From positions 1 through 41,096 of the forward strand of contig JBIIOM010000002.1 of the NCBI GenBank assembly GCA_044336925.1: a stretch of 41,096 nt of DNA, written 5' to 3'. Origin of the DNA: Pirellulales bacterium (GTDB lineage Bacteria; Planctomycetota; Planctomycetia; Pirellulales; UBA1268). Positions 18,942-28,155 of this stretch are shown here, piece after piece; the stretch's first letter is position 1, and every line of letters begins with the position of its first letter. Below the pieces are notes generated by a model that ran no database searches, was not told where the DNA came from, and worked only from the letters and a program-made list of their open reading frames with translations. The position numbers and the translations under genes are program-made.

Positions 18942-19924
18942 CCGGTGCGCTCGCCAAGAGCCATGCCCATGCGCTCCTGCGGCAGATGCTCTTCATCCGC
19001 CGGTTCGAGGAGAAGTCGGCCGAGCTTTACATGCAGGGGAAGATCCGCGGGTTTCTGCATCTGGGGATCGGGGAGGAGGCGGTGGCCGTGGGGGCGCTCG
19101 CCGCGCTCGATGCCGACGACCGGATCGTGGCCGCCTACCGCGAGCACGCCCATGCGCTCGCCCGCGGCGTTTCGCCCGGGGCGGTGATGGCCGAGATGTT
19201 CGGCAAGGCGACGGGCTGCTGCCGGGGCCGCGGCGGATCGATGCACCTCTTCGACGTCGGGCGCGGCCTCTTCGGCGGCAACGCGATCGTGGCCGGCGGG
19301 ATGCCGCTGGCCGTGGGGCTCGCGCTCGCCGACCGGATGCGGGGCCGGCCGCACGTCACCTGCTGCTTCTTCGGCGACGGCGCCGTGGCCGAGGGGGAGT
19401 TTCACGAATCGCTCAACCTTGCGGCCCTCTGGAAACTGCCGGTGCTCTTCCTCTGCGAGAACAACTTCTACGCGATGGGGACGGCGCTCGAGCGGCATCA
19501 GTCGATGCCGCGGATCCACCGCAAGGGGGCCGCCTACGGGATCGAGGCCGCGGTCGTGGACGGCATGGACGTGTTGGCCGTCGAGGCGGCGGCGCGGCTG
19601 GCGGCGGAGATCGTCCGCAGCACGAGCGCGCCCTATCTGCTCGAGGCCCGCACCTACCGCTTCCGGGCCCACTCGATGTACGACGCGGAGCTCTACCGGC
19701 CGAAGGAGGAGGTGGAACGCTGGCGGAAGCGCGGGCCGCTCGAGATCTTTCCGCGGCAGCTGCGGAGCTGGGGGCTGCTCGACGACGCCGAGTGGGCCGC
19801 GCTCGACGGCAGCGTGGCCGCCGAAGTGGACGCGGCCGTGGCCGAGGCGGAGGCCGCCCCCTGGGAGCCGGTCGAGGATCTCCAGCGCGACGTGCTCGCG
19901 GCGCCGGCCGGCCGGGAGTCGTGA
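18938..19924 (+). CDS. 2-oxoacid (pyruvate/acetoin-type) dehydrogenase E1 component, alpha subunit
   Basis: ThDP motif [31 protein letters not shown]. The ATG overlaps the ligase stop (ATGA). Confidence 0.9.
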
Positions 19925-19926
19925 AG

Positions 19927-20901
19927 ATGGCCACGCTCACCTACCGCGAGGCCGTCCGCCAGTCGCTCCGCGAGGCGCTCGCGGGGGACGACCGCGTGAT
20001 CCTCGTGGGGGAAGACGTGGGCCGGTATGGCGGCGCGTATGCCTGCAGCAAGGGCTTGCTCGAGGAATTCGGTCCCGAGCGGGTGCGCGATGCGCCGCTC
20101 TCCGAATCGGCGTTCGTGGGCGCCTGCATCGGCGCCGCGATCGGCGGCCTCAGGCCGATCGTGGAGGTGATGACGATCAACTTCAGCCTGCTGGCGCTCG
20201 ATCAGATCGTGAATAACGCCGCCACGCTGCGTCACATGAGCGGCGGCCAGGTGGGCGTGCCGCTCGTGATCCGGATGGCGACGGGGGCGGGGCGGCAGGT
20301 GGCGGCGCAGCATTCGCACAGCCTCGAGGTGTGGTATGCCCATGTGCCCGGGCTCAAGGTGCTTGCCCCTGCCACGCCGCATGACGCCCGCCACATGCTC
20401 GCCAAGGCGCTTGCCGATCCCGATCCGGTGGTGATCGTCGAGCATGCGATGCTCTATGCGACGGAAGGCGAGGTCGAGGAGGCCGACGCGGCGTTCGACG
20501 CCTGGCATGCAGCCGTCCGCCGCGTGGGCCGTGACGTGACGCTCGTGACGTCGGGCGGCTCGCTGGGCAAAACGCTCGCCGCGGCCGACCGGCTCGCAGC
20601 CGAGAAAATCGAGGCGGAGGTGATCGACCTGCGGTGCCTGCGGCCGCTCGACGCCGACGCGATCGTGAGCGCGGTCGCGAAGACGCACCGCGCGGTCGTG
20701 ATCGACGAGGGCTGGAAAACCTGCGGCCTTGCCGCCGAGATCACCGCGATCCTGATGGAGCGGGCGTTTTACGACCTCGACGCGCCGGTGGCCCGTGTGT
20801 CGAGCGCCGAGGTGCCGATCCCCTACGCCAAGCACCTCGAAGACGCGGCGCTTCCGAGCGTCGAGCGAATCGTCGCCGCCGTGAAAGGCCTCCACATGTA
20901 G
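19927..20901 (+). CDS. 2-oxoacid dehydrogenase E1 component, beta subunit
   Basis: [19 protein letters not shown]...[14 protein letters not shown], a typical transketolase-like beta subunit. It starts 2 nt after the E1alpha stop. Its TAG stop lies inside a GTAG REP head. Confidence 0.9.
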   Translation: MATLTYREAVRQSLREALAGDDRVILVGEDVGRYGGAYACSKGLLEEFGPERVRDAPLSESAFVGACIGAAIGGLRPIVEVMTINFSLLALDQIVNNAATLRHMSGGQVGVPLVIRMATGAGRQVAAQHSHSLEVWYAHVPGLKVLAPATPHDARHMLAKALADPDPVVIVEHAMLYATEGEVEEADAAFDAWHAAVRRVGRDVTLVTSGGSLGKTLAAADRLAAEKIEAEVIDLRCLRPLDADAIVSAVAKTHRAVVIDEGWKTCGLAAEITAILMERAFYDLDAPVARVSSAEVPIPYAKHLEDAALPSVERIVAAVKGLHM

Positions 20902-20921
20902 ACCGCTTCGTCCCGAAGCGG
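20898..20921 (+). repeat. Single REP unit, type C variant (GTAGACCGCTTCGTCCCGAAGCGG)
   Basis: GTAG head plus hairpin CCGCTTCG/CGAAGCGG. It supplies the E1beta stop codon. Confidence 0.7.
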
Positions 20922-20944
20922 GCCAACAAAAGCCCGCAGCGCAC

Positions 20945-21054
20945 GGAAGCCCGCAGCGCCAGCAAGGTCCATACGCCCTCCACTCCAACCAACGACGCTC
21001 CCACCCGCCCCGCGAGAAACGCCCCAACTCCCCTCGCTCGCGCGTCGGGCTTCC
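20945..21054 (+). mobile_element. MITE-like element, family A, copy 2 (110 bp)
   Basis: Collinear with copy 1 along its full length. A partial duplicate of the left terminus (AAAGCCCGCAGCGCAC) precedes it. It sits between the E1beta and E2 genes. Confidence 0.75.
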
Positions 21055-21092
21055 GTCCGTCTGCCACGACCCTCTCCAACGAACTCACCATC

Positions 21093-22310
21093 ATGCAAAC
21101 CTTCCTCATGCCCACGCTCGGCGCCGACATGCAGGCCGGCACGCTCGTCGCCTGGAAGAAGCAGCCGGGCGACACGCTCACCCGCGGCGACACGATCGCC
21201 GAGGTCGACACGGAGAAGGGCGTGATCGACGTCGAGGTGTTTCATGACGGGATTCTCGACGCGATCCTCGTCGCGCCTGGGAGCCGCGTGCCCGTGGGCA
21301 CGGCGCTCGCCACGATCCGCACGGCCGGCGAGGCGGTGGCCGCGCCGGCGGCAGCGGTTGGGGCGGCGCCGCCGCCACTGGCGCCACCCGAAACGGGCGA
21401 AGTGCGGCCCGCGGCTGCTGCGCCTCGAGCGCCGCCGGTCTACGCCCCCGCGATCGATCTCTTTGGCCGCCTGCGGATTTCGCCGTCGGCGCGGCGGCTG
21501 GCCCGCGAACGCGGCGTCGATCCGCGGAGCGTGGCAGGCACGGGGCGCGACGGCGCGATCACGCGGGCCGACATCGAGCGGGCAGCCGTCGGCAGGCAGG
21601 CTCCGCCGCCGGTGGCCGCCTCCGCCGCGCCGCCCGCCGCCGATCGGCTCGACCGCATGCGGCGCACGATCGCGGCGGCGATGTCGCGGTCGAAGCGGGA
21701 GATTCCCCACTACTACCTCGCCACCACGATCGACTTCCACCGGGCCGCGGCCTGGCTCGACCGCGAAAACGAACGGCGGCCTCCCGAGCGGCGGCTCCTC
21801 CCCGGCGTGATGCTGCTCAAGGCGGCGGCGCTGGCGATCCGCGAGGTGCCGGAACTCAATGCCGTGTGGGAAGGTGATCGCGTGGTCGTCAGTCCCGACG
21901 TGCACGTGGGCGTGGCGATCTCGCTGCGGCAGGGCGGCCTCGTGATCCTCGCGCTGCACGACACGGCGTCGCGCAGCCTCGACGACCTCATGGAGGGCCT
22001 TCGCGACCTGACCGCGCGGGCCCGCGCCGGCCGCATGAAAAGCTCAGAGCTTTCCGCTTCCACGATCACGGTCACGAGCCTCGGCGACCGCGGTGTCGAG
22101 AGTGTTTACGGCGTGATCTATCCGCCGCAGGTGGCGATCGTGGGGTTCGGGAAGATCGTGGAGCGGCCGTGGGCGGAGGATGGGGGGCTCTTCGTGCGCC
22201 GCGTCGTCACGGCCACGCTCGCGGCGGACCACCGCGTGAGCGACGGCCACCGCGGCGGGCTCTATCTCGATGCGGTCGACCGGCTGCTGCAGGAGCCGGA
22301 GAAACTATGA
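21093..22310 (+). CDS. Dihydrolipoamide acyltransferase (E2) of a 2-oxoacid dehydrogenase complex
   Basis: N-terminal lipoyl domain (EVDTEKGVIDVE), Ala/Pro linker, peripheral-subunit-binding domain (ISPSARRLARERGVD) and catalytic DHRVSDG motif. Confidence 0.9.
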   Translation: MQTFLMPTLGADMQAGTLVAWKKQPGDTLTRGDTIAEVDTEKGVIDVEVFHDGILDAILVAPGSRVPVGTALATIRTAGEAVAAPAAAVGAAPPPLAPPETGEVRPAAAAPRAPPVYAPAIDLFGRLRISPSARRLARERGVDPRSVAGTGRDGAITRADIERAAVGRQAPPPVAASAAPPAADRLDRMRRTIAAAMSRSKREIPHYYLATTIDFHRAAAWLDRENERRPPERRLLPGVMLLKAAALAIREVPELNAVWEGDRVVVSPDVHVGVAISLRQGGLVILALHDTASRSLDDLMEGLRDLTARARAGRMKSSELSASTITVTSLGDRGVESVYGVIYPPQVAIVGFGKIVERPWAEDGGLFVRRVVTATLAADHRVSDGHRGGLYLDAVDRLLQEPEKL

Positions 22311-22543
22311 GCGACGAGCAGGCGATCCGCAGGACGGTGCTCGAGATCTTGGGCGGCATCGCGCCGGAGGCCGATCTGGCGGCGCTCGCGCCCGAGGCCA
22401 ACTTCCGCCGCGAGCTCGACCTCGATTCGATGGATTTTCAAAACTTCGTGATCCGGCTCTGCAAGGCGCTCGCCGTGCACATCCCGGATCGCGACGCCGC
22501 GAAGCTCGTCACGCTCGACGGCTGCGTGCGGTATCTCACGTAG
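22307..22543 (+). CDS. Acyl carrier protein (phosphopantetheine-binding)
   Basis: 78 aa with LDLDSMDF (DS-motif serine). The ATG overlaps the E2 stop (ATGA). Its TAG stop lies inside a GTAG REP head. Confidence 0.8.
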   Translation: MSDEQAIRRTVLEILGGIAPEADLAALAPEANFRRELDLDSMDFQNFVIRLCKALAVHIPDRDAAKLVTLDGCVRYLT

Positions 22544-22620
22544 CACAGGCTTCAGCCTGCCAAAGGAGACCGCTTGCTCAGCAAGCGGAAATGGATCCGC
22601 TTGCGGAGCAAGCGGTCTAC
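22540..22620. repeat. REP type D unit (GTAGCACAGGCTTCAGCCTGCC) followed by a type C inverted pair (22565..22620)
   Basis: Both read directly. They fill the convergent gap between the ACP and icd genes and probably act as a bidirectional terminator. Confidence 0.8.
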
Positions 22621-22623
22621 AGG

Positions 22624-24063
22624 TCAGTCTTCGCCCTGGGCCTTCGTGAAGCCGTCGGCGCCGTCGATCCGCAGGAGCCGCTCGATGTGGCAGACCTCGT
22701 GCTTCTCGTTGATCCGCCGGGCGAGGGCCAGGGCGTCGTCGAAATGGATCGGCTGGCCGCTCCGCGTCACGAACCGGCAGCGGTGCTGGCTCACGCAGTC
22801 GATGTTCGGATTGCCGTCGGGATACACCTTCGTGCCGCGGTTGGAGATCATCTTGAGCTTCAGCGGCGCCTGGGCGGCGATCGCCTCGAGCGCCGGGCCG
22901 AGCTCCGCCGGCACCACCGCGCTCTCCACGAAAATATCGGCGCCGACCACTTCCTTCGTCTTGGCCGGGCGGAACACCTGGTCGCGGCTCAGCTGCGGCA
23001 TCTTGATCGGCTTGGCCGTCCGCACCTTCCAGCCGTCGGCCTTGCGGCCGAGGTTCTTGATCACGGCCTTCGTGTATTCCGACGTCTTCACGCCCTTGTC
23101 ATAGCCCACCACGTCGCCCGTGAGCTTGCCGTCGAGGAGCGTCGTGAGCACGGCGTGCTCGATGGCCGCGGCCGCCTCGAATTCGCCGAGATACTTGAGC
23201 ATCATCACGCTGCTGAGGATCACGGCCGTGGGGTTGATCACGTCCTTGCCGGCGTACTTCGGGGCCGAGCCGTGCACCGCCTCGAAGATCGCGATCCCGT
23301 TGCCGAGATTGGCCGACGGGGCGAAGCCGAGGCCGCCGACGAGGGCCGACGTCAGATCGCTGATGATGTCGCCGTTCATGTTCGTGGTGACGATCACGTC
23401 GAACTGGCCCGGCTTCTTCACGAGCTGGTGGGCGCAGTTGTCGATGATCACATGCCACGACTTGATGTCGGGGTATTCCGGAGCGATCCGCTCGAACGTG
23501 CGCTTCACCTCGCCTTCGGTGAGCTTCATGATGTTGGCCTTCGTGGCGCAGGCCAGCGACTGCCGCCCCTCCGACCGGGCAAACTCGAATGCCGTGCGGA
23601 TGATCTTCTCGGAGCCCTTCGCGCTGATGAGCTTGAGGCACTGGGCCACGTCGGGCGTCTGCATGTGCTCGATGCCGGCATAGAGGTCCTCGACGTTCTC
23701 GCGGACCACCACGAGGTCGATGCCCTGGCCGGTGTAGGGCGTGACCACGCCGGGGAGTTCGCGGACGGGTCGGATGTTGGCAAAGGTCTCGAAGAGCTTC
23801 CGCAGCGTGACGTTGGCCGACTTCTCGCCGAAGCCCACGGGGGTGCCGAGGGGGCCCTTGAGCACCACCCGCGTGCTGTTGATCGAGTCGATCGTGTCTT
23901 GCGGCACGCCCGAGGCGATGCCCTGCTTGAACACCCGCTCGCCGGCGTGCCGCTCCACCCAGTCGATCCCGACGCCGGTGGCGTTGATGATCTCGACGGC
24001 GGCGGCGACGCACTCGGGGCCGATTCCATCTCCGGGGATTACGGTCACGGCATGGCGGGTCAT
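22624..24063 (-). CDS. icd: Isocitrate/isopropylmalate dehydrogenase family enzyme, long form (probable isocitrate dehydrogenase) with ~140-aa C-terminal extension
   Basis: VIPGDGIGPE, SANVTLRK, VRENVEDLY and NMNGDIISD motifs of the beta-decarboxylating dehydrogenases. 479 aa. AAGGAAAC lies upstream of the ATG at 24063. Confidence 0.8.
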   Translation of the reverse strand: MTRHAVTVIPGDGIGPECVAAAVEIINATGVGIDWVERHAGERVFKQGIASGVPQDTIDSINSTRVVLKGPLGTPVGFGEKSANVTLRKLFETFANIRPVRELPGVVTPYTGQGIDLVVVRENVEDLYAGIEHMQTPDVAQCLKLISAKGSEKIIRTAFEFARSEGRQSLACATKANIMKLTEGEVKRTFERIAPEYPDIKSWHVIIDNCAHQLVKKPGQFDVIVTTNMNGDIISDLTSALVGGLGFAPSANLGNGIAIFEAVHGSAPKYAGKDVINPTAVILSSVMMLKYLGEFEAAAAIEHAVLTTLLDGKLTGDVVGYDKGVKTSEYTKAVIKNLGRKADGWKVRTAKPIKMPQLSRDQVFRPAKTKEVVGADIFVESAVVPAELGPALEAIAAQAPLKLKMISNRGTKVYPDGNPNIDCVSQHRCRFVTRSGQPIHFDDALALARRINEKHEVCHIERLLRIDGADGFTKAQGED

Positions 24064-24144
24064 GGCTGGTTTCCTTGGGGTGTGTGACAGTCTTGTGATA
24101 CCGGGAGCGACCGGCCTGTCAAGAAGAGGCCGCGGTCTCCCCGC

Positions 24145-24174
24145 AAGCCCCTCGCGGAAGCGACGGGGATGACG
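24145..24174 (+). repeat. 30-bp direct repeat, left copy (AAGCCCCTCGCGGAAGCGACGGGGATGACG); hairpin with GGAA loop
   Basis: Identical at 29 of 30 positions to 25024..25053. It lies about 70 nt downstream of the brnA-like gene end. Confidence 0.8.
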
Positions 24175-24244
24175 CGAGCCATCACCATCCGGGAATTCGC
24201 CCCGGCAATCCGCTCGCGTCCCGAATTTCTCTGACTTCTCCCTG

Positions 24245-24577
24245 TCAGGCGGAACGCTTTGGCTCGACGTCGAGCTGAATGTCGAGCAGCCTCGAAAGCG
24301 CCTCCCGCACCACAGCGCTGCGGTTCGGGAGGTTATGGCTGGCCGCGTATGCATCGATGGCGTCGAGGATTGGGATTTCGTCGGGAGTGAACATGGTCCC
24401 GACGGCCAACTCTGCACCAACGCGGGCAGACTCCGCGTGTGCCCATGCAACGATCTCCGCCCGCTCCGCCTCGATTGCTGCTCGGACGGCGGCGTGCCGC
24501 TCGCGTTCCGCGGGCGTCGCATCGCGGAAGATTCGTTTTCCCGGAGCGTGTTGTTCAGGCCGGTCCGCGTCGCTCAT
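24245..24577 (-). CDS. BrnA-like antitoxin with C-terminal ribbon-helix-helix
   Basis: 110 aa. The C-terminus LDAIDAYAASHNLPNRSAVVREALSRLL is RHH-like. The ATG overlaps the stop of the upstream toxin gene (ATGA). Confidence 0.6.
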   Translation of the reverse strand: MSDADRPEQHAPGKRIFRDATPAERERHAAVRAAIEAERAEIVAWAHAESARVGAELAVGTMFTPDEIPILDAIDAYAASHNLPNRSAVVREALSRLLDIQLDVEPKRSA

Positions 24578-24822
24578 GCGTCCACCTCGAATGCCGTGAT
24601 CACGTATACCGTGATACTGTCGATGAATTCGTACACAACCACCGCCAACCGGCCGTCCTTGGTCATTCCGGTCGCCATTGGTCTGCCCGTCGCCCGACTG
24701 AATCCGGTGGCCATGGGACTACAGACGATCGCCTCGGCATCCTCGATGGCAATGCCATGGTCGGCGATGTGCGACGCATTTCCGCCGGGTTCCGAATTCC
24801 ACACGAAATCATACCACGGCAT
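24574..24822 (-). CDS. BrnT/DUF497-like toxin
   Basis: 82 aa. FVWNSEPGGNASHIADHGIAIEDAEAIV ... GRLAVVVYEF...VITAFEV follows the BrnT pattern. Toxin-first gene order is as in BrnT/BrnA. The segment is visibly AT-richer. Confidence 0.6.
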   Translation of the reverse strand: MPWYDFVWNSEPGGNASHIADHGIAIEDAEAIVCSPMATGFSRATGRPMATGMTKDGRLAVVVYEFIDSITVYVITAFEVDA

Positions 24823-24846
24823 GCGAATTCCTTTGAATGCCGAGAT

Positions 24847-24874
24847 ACTATACGCCCATACATCAATGCGTCAA
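24847..24874 (-). promoter_or_regulatory. Sigma70-like promoter of the brnTA-like operon (TTGACG - 16 nt - TATAGT)
   Basis: Minus-strand reading is TTGACGcattgatgtatgggcgTATAGT, ending about 25 nt upstream of the ATG at 24822. Confidence 0.45.
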
Positions 24875-24984
24875 TCCTTTGCTCTGGCTTCGGGCAAGAA
24901 AAAGACGGTGTGTGTTCTTGCCGCGCTGTTCGTGATGGCGGCGCGGCATCCCGCCGGCTTCCGCCGGGGGCTTCTTGCCAACAC

Positions 24985-25012
24985 GCAAAAAGCCCCGGGC
25001 GGAAGCCCGGGG
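24985..25012 (-). terminator. Intrinsic terminator downstream of the hydrogenase large-subunit gene
   Basis: Minus-strand reading is CCCCGGGC-TTCC-GCCCGGGG followed by CTTTTTG: a perfect 8-bp GC stem, a tetraloop and a T-run. Confidence 0.6.
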
Positions 25013-25023
25013 ACACGTCCCGA

Positions 25024-25053
25024 AAGCCCCTCGCGGAAGCGATGGGGATGACG
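25024..25053 (+). repeat. 30-bp direct repeat, right copy (AAGCCCCTCGCGGAAGCGATGGGGATGACG)
   Basis: See the left copy. It lies 14 nt downstream of the hydrogenase large-subunit stop. On the minus strand it also looks like a terminator hairpin. Confidence 0.8.
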
Positions 25054-25066
25054 GGTTGCGCAACGC

Positions 25067-26371
25067 TCAGCGTTCGATCCGCAAAAAGTGTGTCGCGCAG
25101 CTGATGCACGGGTCGTAGGTGCGGATCAGGTGCTCGCACCGGCGCGTGGCTTCGGCGTCGTCGCGGTCGAGCACGGTCGGCAGGTAGGCCGCGAGGTCCG
25201 CCTCGATGCGGGCCTGGTTCTGCGACGTGGGCGGCACGATCGCGGCCGCGGCGACGAGGCCATCCGCGCCGATCCGGTAGCGGTGGTAAAGCAGCCCGCG
25301 CGGCGCTTCCGTGGCATGGCAGGCTTCGCCGGCCCGCGGCGCATGATAAATGCGAGGCACCGCGAGCGGCGCAGAAAAGCCGCGGGCGATCCGCGCCGCC
25401 TCCTCGAACGCCGCCACGAGCTCGATCGACCGGGCCACGATTGCCTGGAAGGGATTGCCGCTCGGCCAGTCGATGCCGCAGGCGTCGCTCGCCCGCCTGG
25501 CCCGCGGCGGGAGGAGGTCGCGGCTCGTGGCCATCCGCGCAAGCGGGCCGCAGAGATAGGCCCGGCCGTCGGGCTCGATGAGGCTGTGCAGCGCGGTCGA
25601 GTGCGGCACCTGCCGCTCGCGGAAGTGCCGCTCGTAGTCGGCCACCGGAATGTCGAGCGTGCGAACGCCCGCCATGTCGAGCGCGACCACGCGGCCGTGA
25701 TTCATCGGATACTCGTCGTCGGCCCGCATGGCGACGTATTCGTGCGGCTGTTGAAAGTCGGGAAACGCGAACCGGCTGACCTCGCCGACGAGCGTCTCGG
25801 CCGCCTCGACGCCCCAGTCGAGGTCGGGCACGAGCGACTGAACCTCCGCCGGCACGGGCGACTTGTAAAACCCGCCGACCGCGACGTTGATCGGATGCAC
25901 CGCGCGGCCGCCAAGCACCTCGATCAGCCGGCTGCCGAGTTGCTTCATCCGCAGGCCCCGCTCGAGGAACGGCGCCCGCTCCGGCGGCATCGAGAAGCCG
26001 CTCTCGCAGCCGAGGAAGTCGGGGGCGTCGAGCAGGTGCACGTGCAACGCGTGGCTCTGGATCCACTCGCCGCAGTAGAGGAGGCGGCGGAGCGACTCGA
26101 TCGCGGGCGTCGTCTCGATGCCGAGCGCCGTCTCGAGCGCGTGGCAGGCGCTCATCTGGTAGGCCACCGGGCAGATGCCGCAGATCCGCGCCACGATGTC
26201 GGGCACCTCGCGGATCTCGCGGCCCACGACGAGCTTCTCGAAAAACCGCGGCGGCTCGTAGATGTTGAATTCGGCGATCTCGACGCGGCCGTCGGCCACG
26301 CGCACGCGCAGGGCGCCTTCCCCCTCCACCCGCGTGAGCGCCTTCACGGTGAGCTTCCGGGTCGTGGTCAC
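25067..26371 (-). CDS. hyhL: [NiFe]-hydrogenase large (alpha) subunit, group 3b type
   Basis: N-terminal [10 protein letters not shown] and C-terminal DPCISCATH followed by a short FLRIER extension. 434 aa. The GTG at 26371 has GGAGA upstream and overlaps the small-subunit stop (GTGA). Confidence 0.9.
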   Translation of the reverse strand: MTTTRKLTVKALTRVEGEGALRVRVADGRVEIAEFNIYEPPRFFEKLVVGREIREVPDIVARICGICPVAYQMSACHALETALGIETTPAIESLRRLLYCGEWIQSHALHVHLLDAPDFLGCESGFSMPPERAPFLERGLRMKQLGSRLIEVLGGRAVHPINVAVGGFYKSPVPAEVQSLVPDLDWGVEAAETLVGEVSRFAFPDFQQPHEYVAMRADDEYPMNHGRVVALDMAGVRTLDIPVADYERHFRERQVPHSTALHSLIEPDGRAYLCGPLARMATSRDLLPPRARRASDACGIDWPSGNPFQAIVARSIELVAAFEEAARIARGFSAPLAVPRIYHAPRAGEACHATEAPRGLLYHRYRIGADGLVAAAAIVPPTSQNQARIEADLAAYLPTVLDRDDAEATRRCEHLIRTYDPCISCATHFLRIER

Positions 26372-27159
26372 GGGGCGTCTCCACCGGCGAGGCGATCGTG
26401 CTCCGCCCGAAACTCCGGTGCCCACGCATTGAACGACTGCACGAGCCGGCCGAGCGACTCGCGCGACGCGCCCTTGCGCTCGTAGAAGCCGGTGAGGCTG
26501 ACGAGATTCGGCGACTGGTCGGGGCCGTAGCAGCCGAAGCACTCGCGATCGTGGGCCGGGCAGATCGCGCCGCAGCCGGCCTGTGTGACGGGGCCGAGGC
26601 AGGCGATTCCCTTGGCGACGGCCACGCAGACCGTGCCCCGCGCCTTGCACTCCACGCAGACGGAATAGCCCGGCAGCCGCGGCCGGCGGCCGACGACGAA
26701 GGCCGAGATGACCTGCGCCAGCTGGCCGGGATCGATCGGGCAGCCCCGCAATTCGAAGTCCACCGGCACGTGCTCGGCGATCGGCGTGCTCGTGGCGAGC
26801 GAGGCGATATAGACAGGGGCCGCGTAGACGGCCGAGACGAAGTCGTCGACGTGGGCCCAGTTGCGGAGGGCCTGGATGCCGCCGGCCGTGGCGCAGGCCC
26901 CGATCGTGACGAGAAACCGGCATTGCCGGCGGATCTCGCGGATCCGCTCCGCGTCGTCCGGCGTGGAGATCGAGCCCTCGACGAGGCCGAGGTCGTAGGG
27001 GCCGGGACCGACGTGCGACCGGGCTTCGAGGAAGTGCTCGATGTCGAGCGTGTCGGCCACGTCGCCGAGGTGGGGCCGCGCGCGGCCGAGCACGTCCATC
27101 AGCTGCATCTGGCAGCCGTCGCAGGAGGCGAATTTGAAGACGGCGATGCGGGGGCGCAT
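26368..27159 (-). CDS. hyhS: [NiFe]-hydrogenase small (delta) subunit, group 3b type
   Basis: [18 protein letters not shown] and Cys-rich distal cluster motifs (NuoB/20-kDa-like fold). 263 aa. Confidence 0.9.
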   Translation of the reverse strand: MRPRIAVFKFASCDGCQMQLMDVLGRARPHLGDVADTLDIEHFLEARSHVGPGPYDLGLVEGSISTPDDAERIREIRRQCRFLVTIGACATAGGIQALRNWAHVDDFVSAVYAAPVYIASLATSTPIAEHVPVDFELRGCPIDPGQLAQVISAFVVGRRPRLPGYSVCVECKARGTVCVAVAKGIACLGPVTQAGCGAICPAHDRECFGCYGPDQSPNLVSLTGFYERKGASRESLGRLVQSFNAWAPEFRAEHDRLAGGDAP

Positions 27160-27175
27160 GAGGTTATCGCGTTCC

Positions 27176-27283
27176 GGAAGCCCGCAGCGCGAGCGAGGAG
27201 AGTGGGGGATGTTTTCGCAGGGAGTGTTGCGTGGCGTTTGGGACGTGGAGAGCGGCTGGACCTTGCTCGCGCTGCGGGCTTCC
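27176..27283 (-). mobile_element. MITE-like element, family A, copy 3 (inverted orientation)
   Basis: Termini are GGAAGCCCGCAGCGCGAGCGAGG ... CCTTGCTCGCGCTGCGGGCTTCC. It occupies most of the gap between the gamma and delta subunit genes. Confidence 0.75.
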
Positions 27284-27294
27284 GTTGGTGAATG

Positions 27295-28155
27295 TTACAG
27301 ATTGGGTATGGCAAGGAACCGGGCGATGCGGTCGTAGGGGAAGACGGGGCCGTCGCGGCAGACGAATTCGGGGCCGAACTGGCAGAGGCCGCAGAGCCGC
27401 GCGGCGCAGATCATGTTGCGCTCCATCGACAAAAACAGTCGCGCCGGCGAAAGCCCCGCCGCCTCGGCCCGTCGCACGACGGCGAGCATCATCGGCTCGG
27501 GGCCGCAGGCCAAAAGACCGGTGCGGGCGGGATCGAGCGAGAGATCGTCGAAGAGCGACGTGACGAGCCCGGTGGGGCCGGGCCAGCCCGAGTCGGCCTG
27601 GTCGACGATCACGCGCACGTCGATGCCGCGGCCGCGCCAGGCGTCGTATTCGCGGTCGTAGAGCAGGGTCGCGGGCGTCTTCGCGCCGAAGAGCACGGCC
27701 ACGCGGCCGTATGACGCGCGGTCGTTGGCGATCGCGAGGATCGCCGCGCGGACCGACGCCAGCCCCACGCCACCCACGGCGATCACGACGTCGTGGCCGC
27801 GGAGATTGTCGAGCGGCCAGGGCGTGCCGAACGGGCCGCGGAGGATCACTTCGTCGCCCACGCCGAGCCGCGCGAGCGCCTCCGTGACGTTGCCCACGGC
27901 CTTCACGGTATGCCCCACGCAATCGTGCACCCGCGGATCGGAGCTGATCGAGATCGCCGCCTCGCCGATGCCCGGCAGGTAGAGCATGTTGAACTGGCCC
28001 GGCGCGAACCCGTAGCCCGCTGCAACCGCTGCATCCCGAAACACGAGGTCGTAGGTGCGAACGCCTGTCACCTCGGTGCGGATCGCGGCGATCCGCGTGG
28101 CGTGGTGCTGCCAGGCATCGCGCTGGTCGGTCGGCGGTGGCGGATTCGCGATCAT
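27295..28155 (-). CDS. hyhG: Hydrogenase gamma subunit: FAD/NAD(P)-binding oxidoreductase with C-terminal [2Fe-2S] (PyrK/AsrB-like)
   Basis: FAD/NAD-binding ferredoxin-reductase fold (GQFNMLY, GPFG, IAVGGVGLA) and a C-terminal CAARLCGLCQF...CRDGPVF cluster motif. The ATG overlaps the beta stop (ATGA). Confidence 0.85.
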   Translation of the reverse strand: MIANPPPPTDQRDAWQHHATRIAAIRTEVTGVRTYDLVFRDAAVAAGYGFAPGQFNMLYLPGIGEAAISISSDPRVHDCVGHTVKAVGNVTEALARLGVGDEVILRGPFGTPWPLDNLRGHDVVIAVGGVGLASVRAAILAIANDRASYGRVAVLFGAKTPATLLYDREYDAWRGRGIDVRVIVDQADSGWPGPTGLVTSLFDDLSLDPARTGLLACGPEPMMLAVVRRAEAAGLSPARLFLSMERNMICAARLCGLCQFGPEFVCRDGPVFPYDRIARFLAIPNL

